Numbered from the stretch's first letter, positions 16,719 to 25,434 are shown. The stretch is 32,000 bases of DNA from Dickeya dadantii NCPPB 898 (GCF_000406145.1 NZ_CM001976.1:163186-195185); one strand, 5' to 3'. Numbers and translations are program-made. Notes: generated by a model not told the origin, from the letters alone.

Positions 16719-17632
16719 TGAGGGCTATCGATCTCTTCGCTGGATTCGGCGGCTCATCAACCGGCGCGCGTATGGCAGGAGCGCATGTGGTATGGGCTGC
16801 TAATCACTGGCCCGCTGCCGTTGAATATCATCGTTTAAACCATCCCGATGCAATCCACGTTTGTCAGGACTTGCATCAGGCTGACTGGAGTTCTGTCCCG
16901 GCACATGACCTGATGATGGCTTCCCCTTGCTGCCAGGGGCATAGCCGGGCACGCGGAAAAACAGCGGGTGATCCGCAGCATGATGCGAGTCGCTCGACAG
17001 CGTGGGCTGTTGTGTCCGCAGCCGAATATCACAAGCCCTCAGCAGTGATTGTTGAGAATGTGCCTGAATTTCTAAATTGGGCGTTGTATCCAGCATGGGC
17101 GGCGGCAATGGCGGCGTTGGGTTATGCGTTATCGCCACATGTTGTTGATTGTGCCGATCTGGGTGTTCCTCAGAATCGCGTCCGATTGTTTCTGATCTGC
17201 ACTCGCAGTCGCTCCCCACTTTCGCTCGACCTGCCTCGCCTCAGTCACGTCCCTGCCACCACATTCATTGATTTTGATGACGGAAGATGGTCACAGATAA
17301 ACCGTCCGGGTCGTGCAATATCGACGCTAGCACGCATCGAAAACGGTCGCCGTCAGTTCGGTGAACGATTCATTTTCAGCTACTACGGAAATACAAAATC
17401 GGGCCGCTCAATTGACAGGCCGATAGGCACAATTACAACCCGCGATAGATGGGCAGTGGTGGATGGTGATCGTATGCGGATGGTGACAAAGCGCGAGGTA
17501 TTGGCCGCAATGTCTTTTTCGTCATCGTATATCACGCCAGACAGCCACCGCCTGACAGTCAATATGGCGGGTAATGCTGTACCCCCCGTTGCTATGTGCC
17601 GGGTTGTTGAGGCCATAGGGGGTTGTCTGTGA
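16718..17632 (+). CDS. DNA C5-cytosine methyltransferase
   Basis: Motif I DLFAGFGG, motif IV SPCCQGHS, motif VI ENVPEF, motif VIII QNRVRLF and motif X GNAVPP are present. The start overlaps the dam stop (TAATG). Confidence 0.9.
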   Translation: MRAIDLFAGFGGSSTGARMAGAHVVWAANHWPAAVEYHRLNHPDAIHVCQDLHQADWSSVPAHDLMMASPCCQGHSRARGKTAGDPQHDASRSTAWAVVSAAEYHKPSAVIVENVPEFLNWALYPAWAAAMAALGYALSPHVVDCADLGVPQNRVRLFLICTRSRSPLSLDLPRLSHVPATTFIDFDDGRWSQINRPGRAISTLARIENGRRQFGERFIFSYYGNTKSGRSIDRPIGTITTRDRWAVVDGDRMRMVTKREVLAAMSFSSSYITPDSHRLTVNMAGNAVPPVAMCRVVEAIGGCL

Positions 17633-17916
17633 GCATTCTGCAACTCGCGGTGATGGGGGAATATTTCGCCGCAATGAAGGCTGGGATGAAGCCATTTGAA
17701 TACCGGTTGGACAATGCCTACTGGCGGCGTCGGCTCATTGGTCGGGATTATGAGCAACTGGTGATTACATGGGGCTATCCGGCTCGTTCTGATATGTCAC
17801 GCCGCCTGATCCTGCCCTGGCTTGGCTATGAAATGCAGACGATCACACATCCGCATTTTGGCGATAAACCGGTAAACGTGTTTGCTATACGGATCGGTGC
17901 TGGGGTTTGTGAGTGA
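17623..17916 (+). CDS. ASCH-domain-like small protein
   Basis: ILQLAVMGEYFAAMKAGMKPFEYRL...ITWGY resembles ASCH-domain phage proteins. The start (TTG 17623 or GTG 17629) is uncertain, and the stop overlaps the gene A start. Confidence 0.5.
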   Translation: MSVSILQLAVMGEYFAAMKAGMKPFEYRLDNAYWRRRLIGRDYEQLVITWGYPARSDMSRRLILPWLGYEMQTITHPHFGDKPVNVFAIRIGAGVCE

Positions 17917-19967
17917 TTGATTTACATGTCCCTGAACATAACGGCGCGTATCACGCTGTCAGGGAATGGCAGCGTGAGCAGTTTTCCCCCGGCGAGCCTG
18001 CCGGGCTGAGTTTCGTTGAGCGCAGCCTGTGGCACCTGAATAAGGTTGATCATTATTGGCGTCAGCAGTACCTGGCCGGAATGCCGGATTATCTGGCGAA
18101 GTATTTCGGCCAGCGTTATGAAAAGCTGTTTAAATCTGATGAGCACACCGGCCGCCGCCGGGCCAATACGTTTTTACTCCGTACCCTGGGGAAAAGCGTA
18201 TTGCCACGCCTGCGCACCGTTACCGAACGATACCAGACGCAACAGCGTGCGGCGGGAGATCTGCCGTTCCCGTTCTGCGATGATCTGGAAAAGATGCCGG
18301 TTTATGACCGTGACAACATCCGCGCCTTATCGCAACAGGTTGCCGACTTTATGGCCGCATCGTTACGTGACTACACCGAAAACCGCATCAGAAACACTGG
18401 AAATCTGACGGACAGGTATATTACCCTGCTGTCGTTTCGCCACCTTGGCTTGCTGACCTTGCAGGCCGGAACACAACCGCCTTACTGGGCGCAATTCACC
18501 AAAGGCCGCCGCCCGTTATCCACCGAGAAAGCCGAATCCGGCCTGTTACGCATGATGTCACCGGAGTGGTGGCGGGCGCGACTAAAACGCCGCCGCGATA
18601 TCCAGCGGGAGCATATGGCTATCGCGGTCGGCCAGGTGCAAAAGGCGGCGTCACCCTATGTTTCCCGCTCCACGCTGGATGAATGGAAAGAGCAGAAACG
18701 GCGTAACCGGGAGTTTTTCAAGGCGTTTGATCTGGAAGATGAAGAGGGTAACCGTGTTTCTCTGGATGACATGGTTAATGCCAGCAACGCCAACCCGGCA
18801 ATCCGCCGTTGTGAGCTGATGGTGAGAATGCGCGGCTTTGAGGATTTGGCGCAGGAAATGGGCTGCGCCGGAGAGTTTTACACCATCACCGCGCCGTCAC
18901 GGTATCACGCTGTACACAGTGGCGGCGGGTTCGTTGAGCAGTGGAGCGGTGCCAGCCCACGCGACACACAGAAATACCTGTGCGGTGTGTGGGCGCGTAT
19001 CCGGGCGGAGCTGTCACGCGAAGAGATTAGCGTGTTCGGCTTCCGTGTCGTCGAACCGCATCACGACGGTACGCCGCACTGGCATTTGTTGTTATTCATG
19101 CGCCCGGAGCACATTGAACAGGTGCGTGACATCATGGCGTATCACGCCCGCCGGGAAGACTCCGGCGAGCTGAACAGTGAAAAGGCGCAAAAAGCCCGCT
19201 TCCACTATGAACCGATTGACCCGGAAAAAGGCAGTGCTACGGGTTATATCGCCAAGTACATCAGCAAGAATATCGACGGTTACGCACTGGATGGCGAGGC
19301 CGACGAGGAAACCGGGGAAAACCTGCGCGACATGGCAAAGGCGGTATCTGCCTGGGCGTCGCGCTGGCGTATCCGGCAATTTCAGCAAATCGGTGGCGCG
19401 CCGGTGACGGTTTACCGCGAGTTGCGTCGCCTGGGTGATAAGCAACTGGATAACGCGGCGATGGATGCGGTACTGGCGGCGGCAGATGTAGGCGACTGGG
19501 CGGCATACACACAGGCGCAGGGCGGGCCGTTAGTCTCGCGTGATGAGTTGGTGGTGCGCCTGTCTTATGAAGTGACCGAGCGTGCCAATCAGTACGCCGA
19601 AGACGTGCAAAAGGTTCAGGGGGTGTACTCGCCATTATTAGGGGAGCGCTCCGCGATCATCACTCGAACGGTGGAATGGAAGATTGTCCCGAAACAGGCC
19701 GCCGCGTCAGCGGGGGCCGGGGTTTCTGGCGGCCCCGCCGCCGCTTGGAGTTCTGTCAATAACTGTACGTCGGGCCTACGGCGGCGATTATCGGAACTGT
19801 TGCGCTTACGCGGTTTTCCGCCTGATCCGGGGCTGGTCGATGTGCTGATTCGTGGCTGCAATCTGGCAATAAGCGAGGGCAGGGCGCTGAAAATGGTTAA
19901 CGGTAGGCTGGAGGAAGTAGGCCAGACAGGGGATTGCGAGCTGTGGCCGGGGTGGAATTGGGAGTAA
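17913..19967 (+). CDS. A: replication initiation endonuclease, P2 gpA family
   Basis: The HUH-type motif VVEPHHDGTPHWHLLLF and the catalytic tyrosine motif GYIAKYISKNIDG are present. It has the size and position of P2 A. Confidence 0.9.
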   Translation: MIDLHVPEHNGAYHAVREWQREQFSPGEPAGLSFVERSLWHLNKVDHYWRQQYLAGMPDYLAKYFGQRYEKLFKSDEHTGRRRANTFLLRTLGKSVLPRLRTVTERYQTQQRAAGDLPFPFCDDLEKMPVYDRDNIRALSQQVADFMAASLRDYTENRIRNTGNLTDRYITLLSFRHLGLLTLQAGTQPPYWAQFTKGRRPLSTEKAESGLLRMMSPEWWRARLKRRRDIQREHMAIAVGQVQKAASPYVSRSTLDEWKEQKRRNREFFKAFDLEDEEGNRVSLDDMVNASNANPAIRRCELMVRMRGFEDLAQEMGCAGEFYTITAPSRYHAVHSGGGFVEQWSGASPRDTQKYLCGVWARIRAELSREEISVFGFRVVEPHHDGTPHWHLLLFMRPEHIEQVRDIMAYHARREDSGELNSEKAQKARFHYEPIDPEKGSATGYIAKYISKNIDGYALDGEADEETGENLRDMAKAVSAWASRWRIRQFQQIGGAPVTVYRELRRLGDKQLDNAAMDAVLAAADVGDWAAYTQAQGGPLVSRDELVVRLSYEVTERANQYAEDVQKVQGVYSPLLGERSAIITRTVEWKIVPKQAAASAGAGVSGGPAAAWSSVNNCTSGLRRRLSELLRLRGFPPDPGLVDVLIRGCNLAISEGRALKMVNGRLEEVGQTGDCELWPGWNWE

Positions 19968-20400
19968 TAATTTATTGAATGCTGGTGATATATTTGAATA
20001 GTATGATTATTTATTAAAAATATTAATATTATTTTTTAGTAAAAGTTAGCTGACTAAATAAAATGTTTATTTGATTATTACTGGTTAGGCAATCGACTGA
20101 TTTTGCGAGGACGTATGTAAGTAACTGAAAATATTAATATATTTTTATCTCAGTACTATGACTGGTAAGCAAGGAGCATGGAGTGTTGGGGGTGAGATAG
20201 AAGTACAGGGTACTCTTGTGGTTACTAAGTGAATGAGATCTGATGGTTCTTTGTTTTTCCCTTTGATTGTATACGTACCTTAGAACAAAAAAAGATGCGT
20301 TTTCGATCTTTTTTCCCTATAGTACGCACGATTTTTATGCCATAAATATAGGTAAGACATTATGGCATTTTGTTCACACACATGTAGTCTGGAGGCTCTC

Positions 20401-21399
20401 ATGAACGATACTAATCATATGAGAAGCATATATAATAAATTCCAAAGCGCTGGTTTCAACCTGTCGTACATCAGGAGCTTATTGCCTGAATGGTGGGATG
20501 AGCGATTGGCTGATACCCCTTCGGGGCGTCAGTACGCAAGCCTGCACTTGGCTCGAATGTTTAGTATTTTACCTGAAAGCCTTAAGGATGAGAGCGAAGG
20601 GATTTGTTTTAATTTTGGTGGAAATCATAAATTTAAGCATCGGAATAATGTTGCTGATGATGATTTAGATATAGCGACTGCAATTGCTTATACTGCTGCA
20701 AAAATTGTTGCATCGAATTTTAAAAAACCATATGACCCGCAGATAGTTCTAGATCCAGAACTAATCAGAAAAGATACGATGGAAAGTAATCCATGGGTTT
20801 CACTTGGGAATTTGGTTGAATATTGTCACTCAGTGGGAATTCCTGTTATATATCTTAAGAAATTCCCTCGTGGTGCTAAGAAAATGGCTGGTTTAGCTTT
20901 AATGAGTTGCGGAAGACCAGTAATTATATTAACCCAACCTCAAAAGTATGGGTATATGCTTTTTGATTTGGCGCATGAGTTGGGGCATATTGCGAAAGGG
21001 CATTTAAATGCTGAAAATGGACAATGTCATGTGGATGAGAAGATTGAGTCAGCCTCAACTAGTGATATTGAAAAAGAAGCTAATGAGTTTGCGTTTCAAG
21101 TCCTTTCTGGACAAAAATCTCTTCGCATTGTACCTACAGGACGCTTTTTAAAAGCGCCTCAACTGGCAAATGCGGCAAAAAAATTTGGCAGCGAAAGAGG
21201 TGTTGACCCTACCCATATTGCCTTGAATTACGGTTTTGTTATGGGACACTGGGGGGTGGCAGTAAATGCCGTGAAGGCTATTTGTAACGGACACCCCACC
21301 GATCAGAACTTCATCAAGGATATGATGAAAAAGGGAATAGATTTAGAAAGCATCAATGAAGATGATCTAAATATTCTGGAAAATCTTATCGGGGAATGA
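20401..21399 (+). CDS. ImmA/IrrE-family (COG2856, peptidase M78) zinc metallopeptidase with an uncharacterised N-terminal domain
   Basis: FDLAHELGHIAKGH (HEXXH at nt 20974-20988), the downstream EKEANEFAFQVL and the upstream GIPVIYLKKFP...GRPVIILT form the canonical ImmA/IrrE arrangement. A GGAGG RBS lies 5 nt before ATG 20401; the track ORF starts at ATG 20362. Confidence 0.8.
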   Translation: MNDTNHMRSIYNKFQSAGFNLSYIRSLLPEWWDERLADTPSGRQYASLHLARMFSILPESLKDESEGICFNFGGNHKFKHRNNVADDDLDIATAIAYTAAKIVASNFKKPYDPQIVLDPELIRKDTMESNPWVSLGNLVEYCHSVGIPVIYLKKFPRGAKKMAGLALMSCGRPVIILTQPQKYGYMLFDLAHELGHIAKGHLNAENGQCHVDEKIESASTSDIEKEANEFAFQVLSGQKSLRIVPTGRFLKAPQLANAAKKFGSERGVDPTHIALNYGFVMGHWGVAVNAVKAICNGHPTDQNFIKDMMKKGIDLESINEDDLNILENLIGE

Positions 21400-21402
21400 T
21401 AC

Positions 21403-22044
21403 GTGATTGTTCTTTCTGACAATGATGTCATATTGAAGTTAGCTCAATGTAATCTACTATCACAATTATCTACGATATTAAATGAGCAACCTGATCAAAT
21501 TTTCATTAACCCAGCAGCTAGGTACCAGCTGCTTCCTGATAATCCAGATAAAGCAATTCGAAAGTGTGGAAGTCAGCAAATATATGAACAGCTGGGGGCT
21601 TTCATTGAATCGGTAAATGATGTTCCTGAAATTATGAATCTTTCCCTTTTGGAATTATTGGGTGATGTGCCTAATATAGACGTGGGTGAGCAATTTTTGC
21701 TTGCTTCCTGTATTGAGAATCCAGATGCGATATTTATGACGGGTGATCGTAGATGCCTATCTGCAATTATTTCGAATAAAGCCACTCTGGCTACTATTCA
21801 TCAGCGTCTAATTGATGCCGTCGTTACATTTGAATCATCACTACTATTATGTGTTCATGGCTCAACGGTTGCTCATGTTCATAGTCAGCTGATGGGTAAT
21901 CCGAAACCGGATGTTGTACTTAGGATGGCCCTTGCTAATTCTGGTAGTGCCATGTGTGAATGTTTATTTTCTTACACTCGTGATTTTTATGAATACCTTG
22001 CTTTTAAAGATAGGTTACCAGATAGGGAGTGGGGTCTGCAGTAA
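21403..22044 (+). CDS. hypothetical protein, possible PIN-like nuclease; translationally coupled to the peptidase gene
   Basis: The GTG start is 3 nt after the upstream TGA. The N-terminal IVLSDNDVILKL, then DVGEQFLLASC, then IFMTGDRRCL, then LIDAVV give an acidic-residue order reminiscent of PIN-like folds. The call as a CDS is fairly safe, but the fold call is weak. Confidence 0.5.
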   Translation: MIVLSDNDVILKLAQCNLLSQLSTILNEQPDQIFINPAARYQLLPDNPDKAIRKCGSQQIYEQLGAFIESVNDVPEIMNLSLLELLGDVPNIDVGEQFLLASCIENPDAIFMTGDRRCLSAIISNKATLATIHQRLIDAVVTFESSLLLCVHGSTVAHVHSQLMGNPKPDVVLRMALANSGSAMCECLFSYTRDFYEYLAFKDRLPDREWGLQ

Positions 22045-22135
22045 ATAATAGCAAACTTATAATAAGTCACTTGGTGGTTATAATAAATCAATACATATCT
22101 CTAAAATAGCTGCTTTATATCTATACGTTTTGTAT

Positions 22136-22161
22136 GCACAAACCCGCACAATTTTGCACAA
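22136..22161. repeat. three GCACAA hexamers at exact 10-bp phasing, left of the presumed cos
   Basis: GCACAA occurs at 22136, 22146 and 22156, with a further GCACTTGCACAA at 22222-22233. Confidence 0.8.
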
Positions 22162-22257
22162 TTTTTTTGATGCTATTTTTCCCCTTTCCGCCCGGTACGC
22201 ACGCGTGCTGGGCCGGTTTCTGCACTTGCACAAAAAATGAAGCGAGAGTCGCGCGCA

Positions 22258-22276
22258 GGTGACGGGGGAACAGCCC
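22258..22276. other. candidate cos cohesive-end sequence
   Basis: GGTGACGGGGGAACAGCCC matches 13 of 19 positions of the P2 cohesive end as I recall it (GGCGAGGCGGGGAAAGCAC). It lies ~275 bp from the Q stop, the same distance as in P2. Both points rest on memory. Confidence 0.35.
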
Positions 22277-22495
22277 CCGCGATGGGGGGTAGGTAGGGTT
22301 CCCCTTTGCTGTGCCGAATCCGGCCCATTTCCCGCCCTGCTGCGTGCGTATTTCCCTCCGGGAGATGCGGCGCGTCATCCGGTGAGAGAGCCCGACAGCG
22401 CGGCGCTGAGGCGGTTTTATGTGTGTGGGAAATGGTGGTGTTAGCCGTTGATCTGAAAAGAGATTGTTCGCAGATGGCGTGAAAGTTTTTGAATG

Positions 22496-22519
22496 AAAAC
22501 CGCCGCGTGAGTGCGGCGG
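22496..22519 (-). terminator. rho-independent terminator after Q
   Basis: On the minus strand: CGCCGC actcac GCGGCG followed by GTTTT. It starts 14 nt after the Q stop. Confidence 0.6.
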
Positions 22520-22532
22520 CGGCGGTGGGATA

Positions 22533-23585
22533 TCACTCGGCTTTCAACAGGGCGTAAGGGTTGAAGCGGATCACCTCCATCCCCAGCCAATCATTCACAT
22601 GCTTAAGCGCTTCCATCACCGGCATCAGTTCGTTGATGGCGAACACCCGCGCGGCTTTCTCCACATCGCCAAAGGAGCCGTTACCCTCCGGCATGGCGCC
22701 CATCAGTTGCGGCGGCACGCGGTGCGCCGCGAGGATATCGTCACGCGTCACCGATTTGATATTCAGGAATTCATCTTTGGCCGATATCTGGCTGAAGGGA
22801 ATAATCTGTACCCCTTTTTCACCGCCGCCCGGCGCGTGTAACAGCAGGTTTTTAAACGCGCCTTTACCGCGCGCTTCCTTCAGCGTTTTCTTCACGTTAT
22901 CCATGCTTTCGGTATCCACCTGGGATGCGCCGATGTAGATAATGCACCCGGCGTGCGAACCGTTGTCATAGTAGAGCTTGCGGAACATATCGGCAGAGTG
23001 CGACAGGCTGGCCGACAGCAGCGCGCCCATGTACTCGGGCATACCGTAGATCTCCTGGTGAATATCCGGGTTGATGACGTGGCACACGCTGTCGGTATCA
23101 AACGTGTGTTCATCTTTCCACTGCCGGATAAACCAATAGGTATTCAGATCGCTGCCGCGCCGGGTGTACTTGGCCGGAACGTGGCGCAGGGACAACACGC
23201 CGCCCAGCCGGTTGACCCGGCGTTCAAGGTAACCGTTGCCGAAAACAAACCAGTCGAGCACGAAGGCGGAGAACGCCTGACGCGACAATAGCGGGTGCGG
23301 GATAAAGCACCCGGTCAGCGCATTGCGTTTGAAGTACAGCGCGGACTGGTGCCATGACGCACTACCAAACGCGCGAGCCAGCCCGTACCAATCCACCGGG
23401 GTGTCGTAATAACGGCCATTGTCGGCGCAATACATGTTATCCAGCAGGTCATGGCCATCCCTGACCGGATAGGGGCCGTCAAAGGTAAACGCGCTCAGCC
23501 CCGGATCGCTTTTCAGGGCCGCCGCCATATCCGGCTGACTGGCGGTAACCGCCCGGTGTGTGCCGGTTTTATCTTTTCTTTTCAT
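22533..23585 (-). CDS. Q: portal protein, P2 gpQ family
   Basis: A 350-aa ORF in the gpQ position. WHQSALYFKRNALTGCF...FVFGNGYLERR... is typical of P2-family portals. The start overlaps the P stop (TGATG). Confidence 0.9.
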   Translation of the reverse strand: MKRKDKTGTHRAVTASQPDMAAALKSDPGLSAFTFDGPYPVRDGHDLLDNMYCADNGRYYDTPVDWYGLARAFGSASWHQSALYFKRNALTGCFIPHPLLSRQAFSAFVLDWFVFGNGYLERRVNRLGGVLSLRHVPAKYTRRGSDLNTYWFIRQWKDEHTFDTDSVCHVINPDIHQEIYGMPEYMGALLSASLSHSADMFRKLYYDNGSHAGCIIYIGASQVDTESMDNVKKTLKEARGKGAFKNLLLHAPGGGEKGVQIIPFSQISAKDEFLNIKSVTRDDILAAHRVPPQLMGAMPEGNGSFGDVEKAARVFAINELMPVMEALKHVNDWLGMEVIRFNPYALLKAE

Positions 23586-25312
23586 CAGAACTCCATCGCA
23601 AAGCCACCGCCGCCCTGCTCCTGGCCGAGTGGTTCATTGATGACGGCCAGCATGGTTGCCCAGGCCAGATCGCCATGATTAGAGCCGCGTGCGCGGTCGG
23701 TGTCGTAAGTCATGATGCCGCCCGGCGTCTTGACGCGCCGCACGGCGTTGAACGCATTGATTAGCGCCCGTTCGCTGCGGTCGTATTCCCAGCGGCCGGC
23801 ACGAATGACCTGAAGCATTTTCAGCACTAGGGCGCGTTTGGATGACACCGACATCAGGAAGCACACCGCCGCCGGGAAGAATTTCTTCACAATCTGGTAG
23901 ACCGCTTCGCCAATGCCGGTGCCATCAATGGCGATATGCTGCACGTTGTATTTGAAGGTCAGCGCTTCGATCACTTTCGCCTGTTCTTCGAACTCCAGAC
24001 CGCGTATTTGCTGGGTTTCGATGGTGCGGAACTTGCCGCCTGCCACCAGTGGCGGCACCACCACCGAGATCGCCCCGCTGTCGCCGTTGCCGCTGCTGCC
24101 GTTGGCGTCATAACCAATCCAGACGCCGCGATCGGCCATTGGGCGTGACGCGAAGGGCTTCCAGTCCGGCCATTCGTCGTAACCGTCGGCACCGCAGGCG
24201 ATAAGTGCATTCAGATTGAACGCCGACTCACCATCACGGACGAACTCACACATATACAGGTTGAGAAAATCATCCCCGCTGTTTTCATCCTGAATTTCTT
24301 CCAGGTCGGTGTATTCCCAGCCGTGATCGATGACATCCTGTAGCGTCACAATCTGACGCCAGGTTTTGTCCGGGCACAGCAGGCCGCTATTGAGTGCTTT
24401 CCATGACACATCAAACGCGACCTTTTGCGCCTTGCTGCGTTTCTCATTCCAGCGTGCGCCCGTCCAGAATGGGTACGCTTCATGGGTTTCACTCGATGGG
24501 GTGGAAAAGTAAGTGCGCGTCAGCCCCTTCAGCGTCGCCATAGCGCCCGCCACTTTGCGCAAATTGGTGAAGTTGCTGACCCAAAAAAACTCGTCAAACT
24601 TCAGATTCCCGGTATAGGACTGTGCCGTTGCCGCAGACGTGCCGAGGAAATGCAGCTCAGCCCCGTTGCTCAGGACGATTTTGTCACCGCCTTTCAGCTC
24701 AACGTCCACCTCCTCCGCTACCTTCTGGATAAAGCCCCGGAACTGGTGCGCCTGCCGACGTGATGCCGACAGAAAAATCTGGTTGCGCTGATAGGGGTAT
24801 TTCACATCGTCGCGCAGTGCATCAAGCAGCGCTTCACGCGCAAAATACCAGGTGGCACCAATCTGGCGTGACTTCAGGATCATGCGGTTTCGGTGGTGAC
24901 GTTGCTCATACCAGCCACGTTGATGCCACGAAAGGGAATCCAGTATTTTTTCCCGTAGCGCGGCGATCTGTTCGTCAGTGAAGTGATTTTTAACCTTGCG
25001 CTGGCGGGGTTTCTTGCCGCCTGCGGCATTGCCCGGCTGGCCGTCATTCAGCGTTTTCAACTGCCGGGTCAGCGCGTCCATTTCCTTCAGGTCGCCACCG
25101 GTTTTAGTCGGCTTCTGGGCCAACTGGCACAACCGCGCATCAATAGAATGCGTCACGCGCTGGATAGGCGGCGTTTCGTCCCATTCGTCGCGCTTTTTCC
25201 AGGCATACACCGTGTTTTGATTAATCCCCATCAGGCGCGAAATTTCCGCTGGCGGGTAACCCTGCCAGTAAAGCTGTTTTGCTCGCTGCCGTACAAATGC
25301 GTCCTGAATCAT
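23585..25312 (-). CDS. P: terminase large (ATPase) subunit, P2 gpP family
   Basis: An N-terminal HTH-like segment (ISRLMGINQNTVYAWKKRDEW) and the ATPase segment ILKSRQIGATWYFA are present. The size and position are those of gpP, divergent from O. Confidence 0.9.
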   Translation of the reverse strand: MIQDAFVRQRAKQLYWQGYPPAEISRLMGINQNTVYAWKKRDEWDETPPIQRVTHSIDARLCQLAQKPTKTGGDLKEMDALTRQLKTLNDGQPGNAAGGKKPRQRKVKNHFTDEQIAALREKILDSLSWHQRGWYEQRHHRNRMILKSRQIGATWYFAREALLDALRDDVKYPYQRNQIFLSASRRQAHQFRGFIQKVAEEVDVELKGGDKIVLSNGAELHFLGTSAATAQSYTGNLKFDEFFWVSNFTNLRKVAGAMATLKGLTRTYFSTPSSETHEAYPFWTGARWNEKRSKAQKVAFDVSWKALNSGLLCPDKTWRQIVTLQDVIDHGWEYTDLEEIQDENSGDDFLNLYMCEFVRDGESAFNLNALIACGADGYDEWPDWKPFASRPMADRGVWIGYDANGSSGNGDSGAISVVVPPLVAGGKFRTIETQQIRGLEFEEQAKVIEALTFKYNVQHIAIDGTGIGEAVYQIVKKFFPAAVCFLMSVSSKRALVLKMLQVIRAGRWEYDRSERALINAFNAVRRVKTPGGIMTYDTDRARGSNHGDLAWATMLAVINEPLGQEQGGGGFAMEF

Positions 25313-25434
25313 GCGCGGTTTCCCCCTTTGCCGGGAAGATTACCCCGCGCGCGATCCGCCTTTCGCTCACTTTCGGCTCTGGCCCTCCGCCGACAACAAA
25401 ACCGCGTTGAGACAGGGAGTTAGGCTCTGCAATC

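Noticed and set aside
20323-22202. GTACGCACG, preceded by TTTTCCC, occurs on both sides of the cargo operon (about 20312-20333 and 22176-22202). These could be flanking direct repeats of an inserted cassette.
   Set aside because: A 9-mer recurring within 32 kb is expected by chance many times over. The surrounding similarity is weak and gapped.
22121-22444. ORFs 22121..22378 (minus) and 22259..22444 (plus) between the cargo operon and Q.
   Set aside because: They lie across the presumed cos region, lack RBSs and have Arg/Pro/Gly-rich translations. The equivalent P2 segment is non-coding.
25313-25434. I looked for P2-type late-promoter activator dyads (TGT-N12-ACA, the Ogr/delta sites) in the divergent P/O intergenic region.
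   Set aside because: I found no TGT-N12-ACA in the intergenic sequence by eye. The only nearby TGT...ACA pair has 15-nt spacing and lies inside P. The late promoters therefore remain unassigned.
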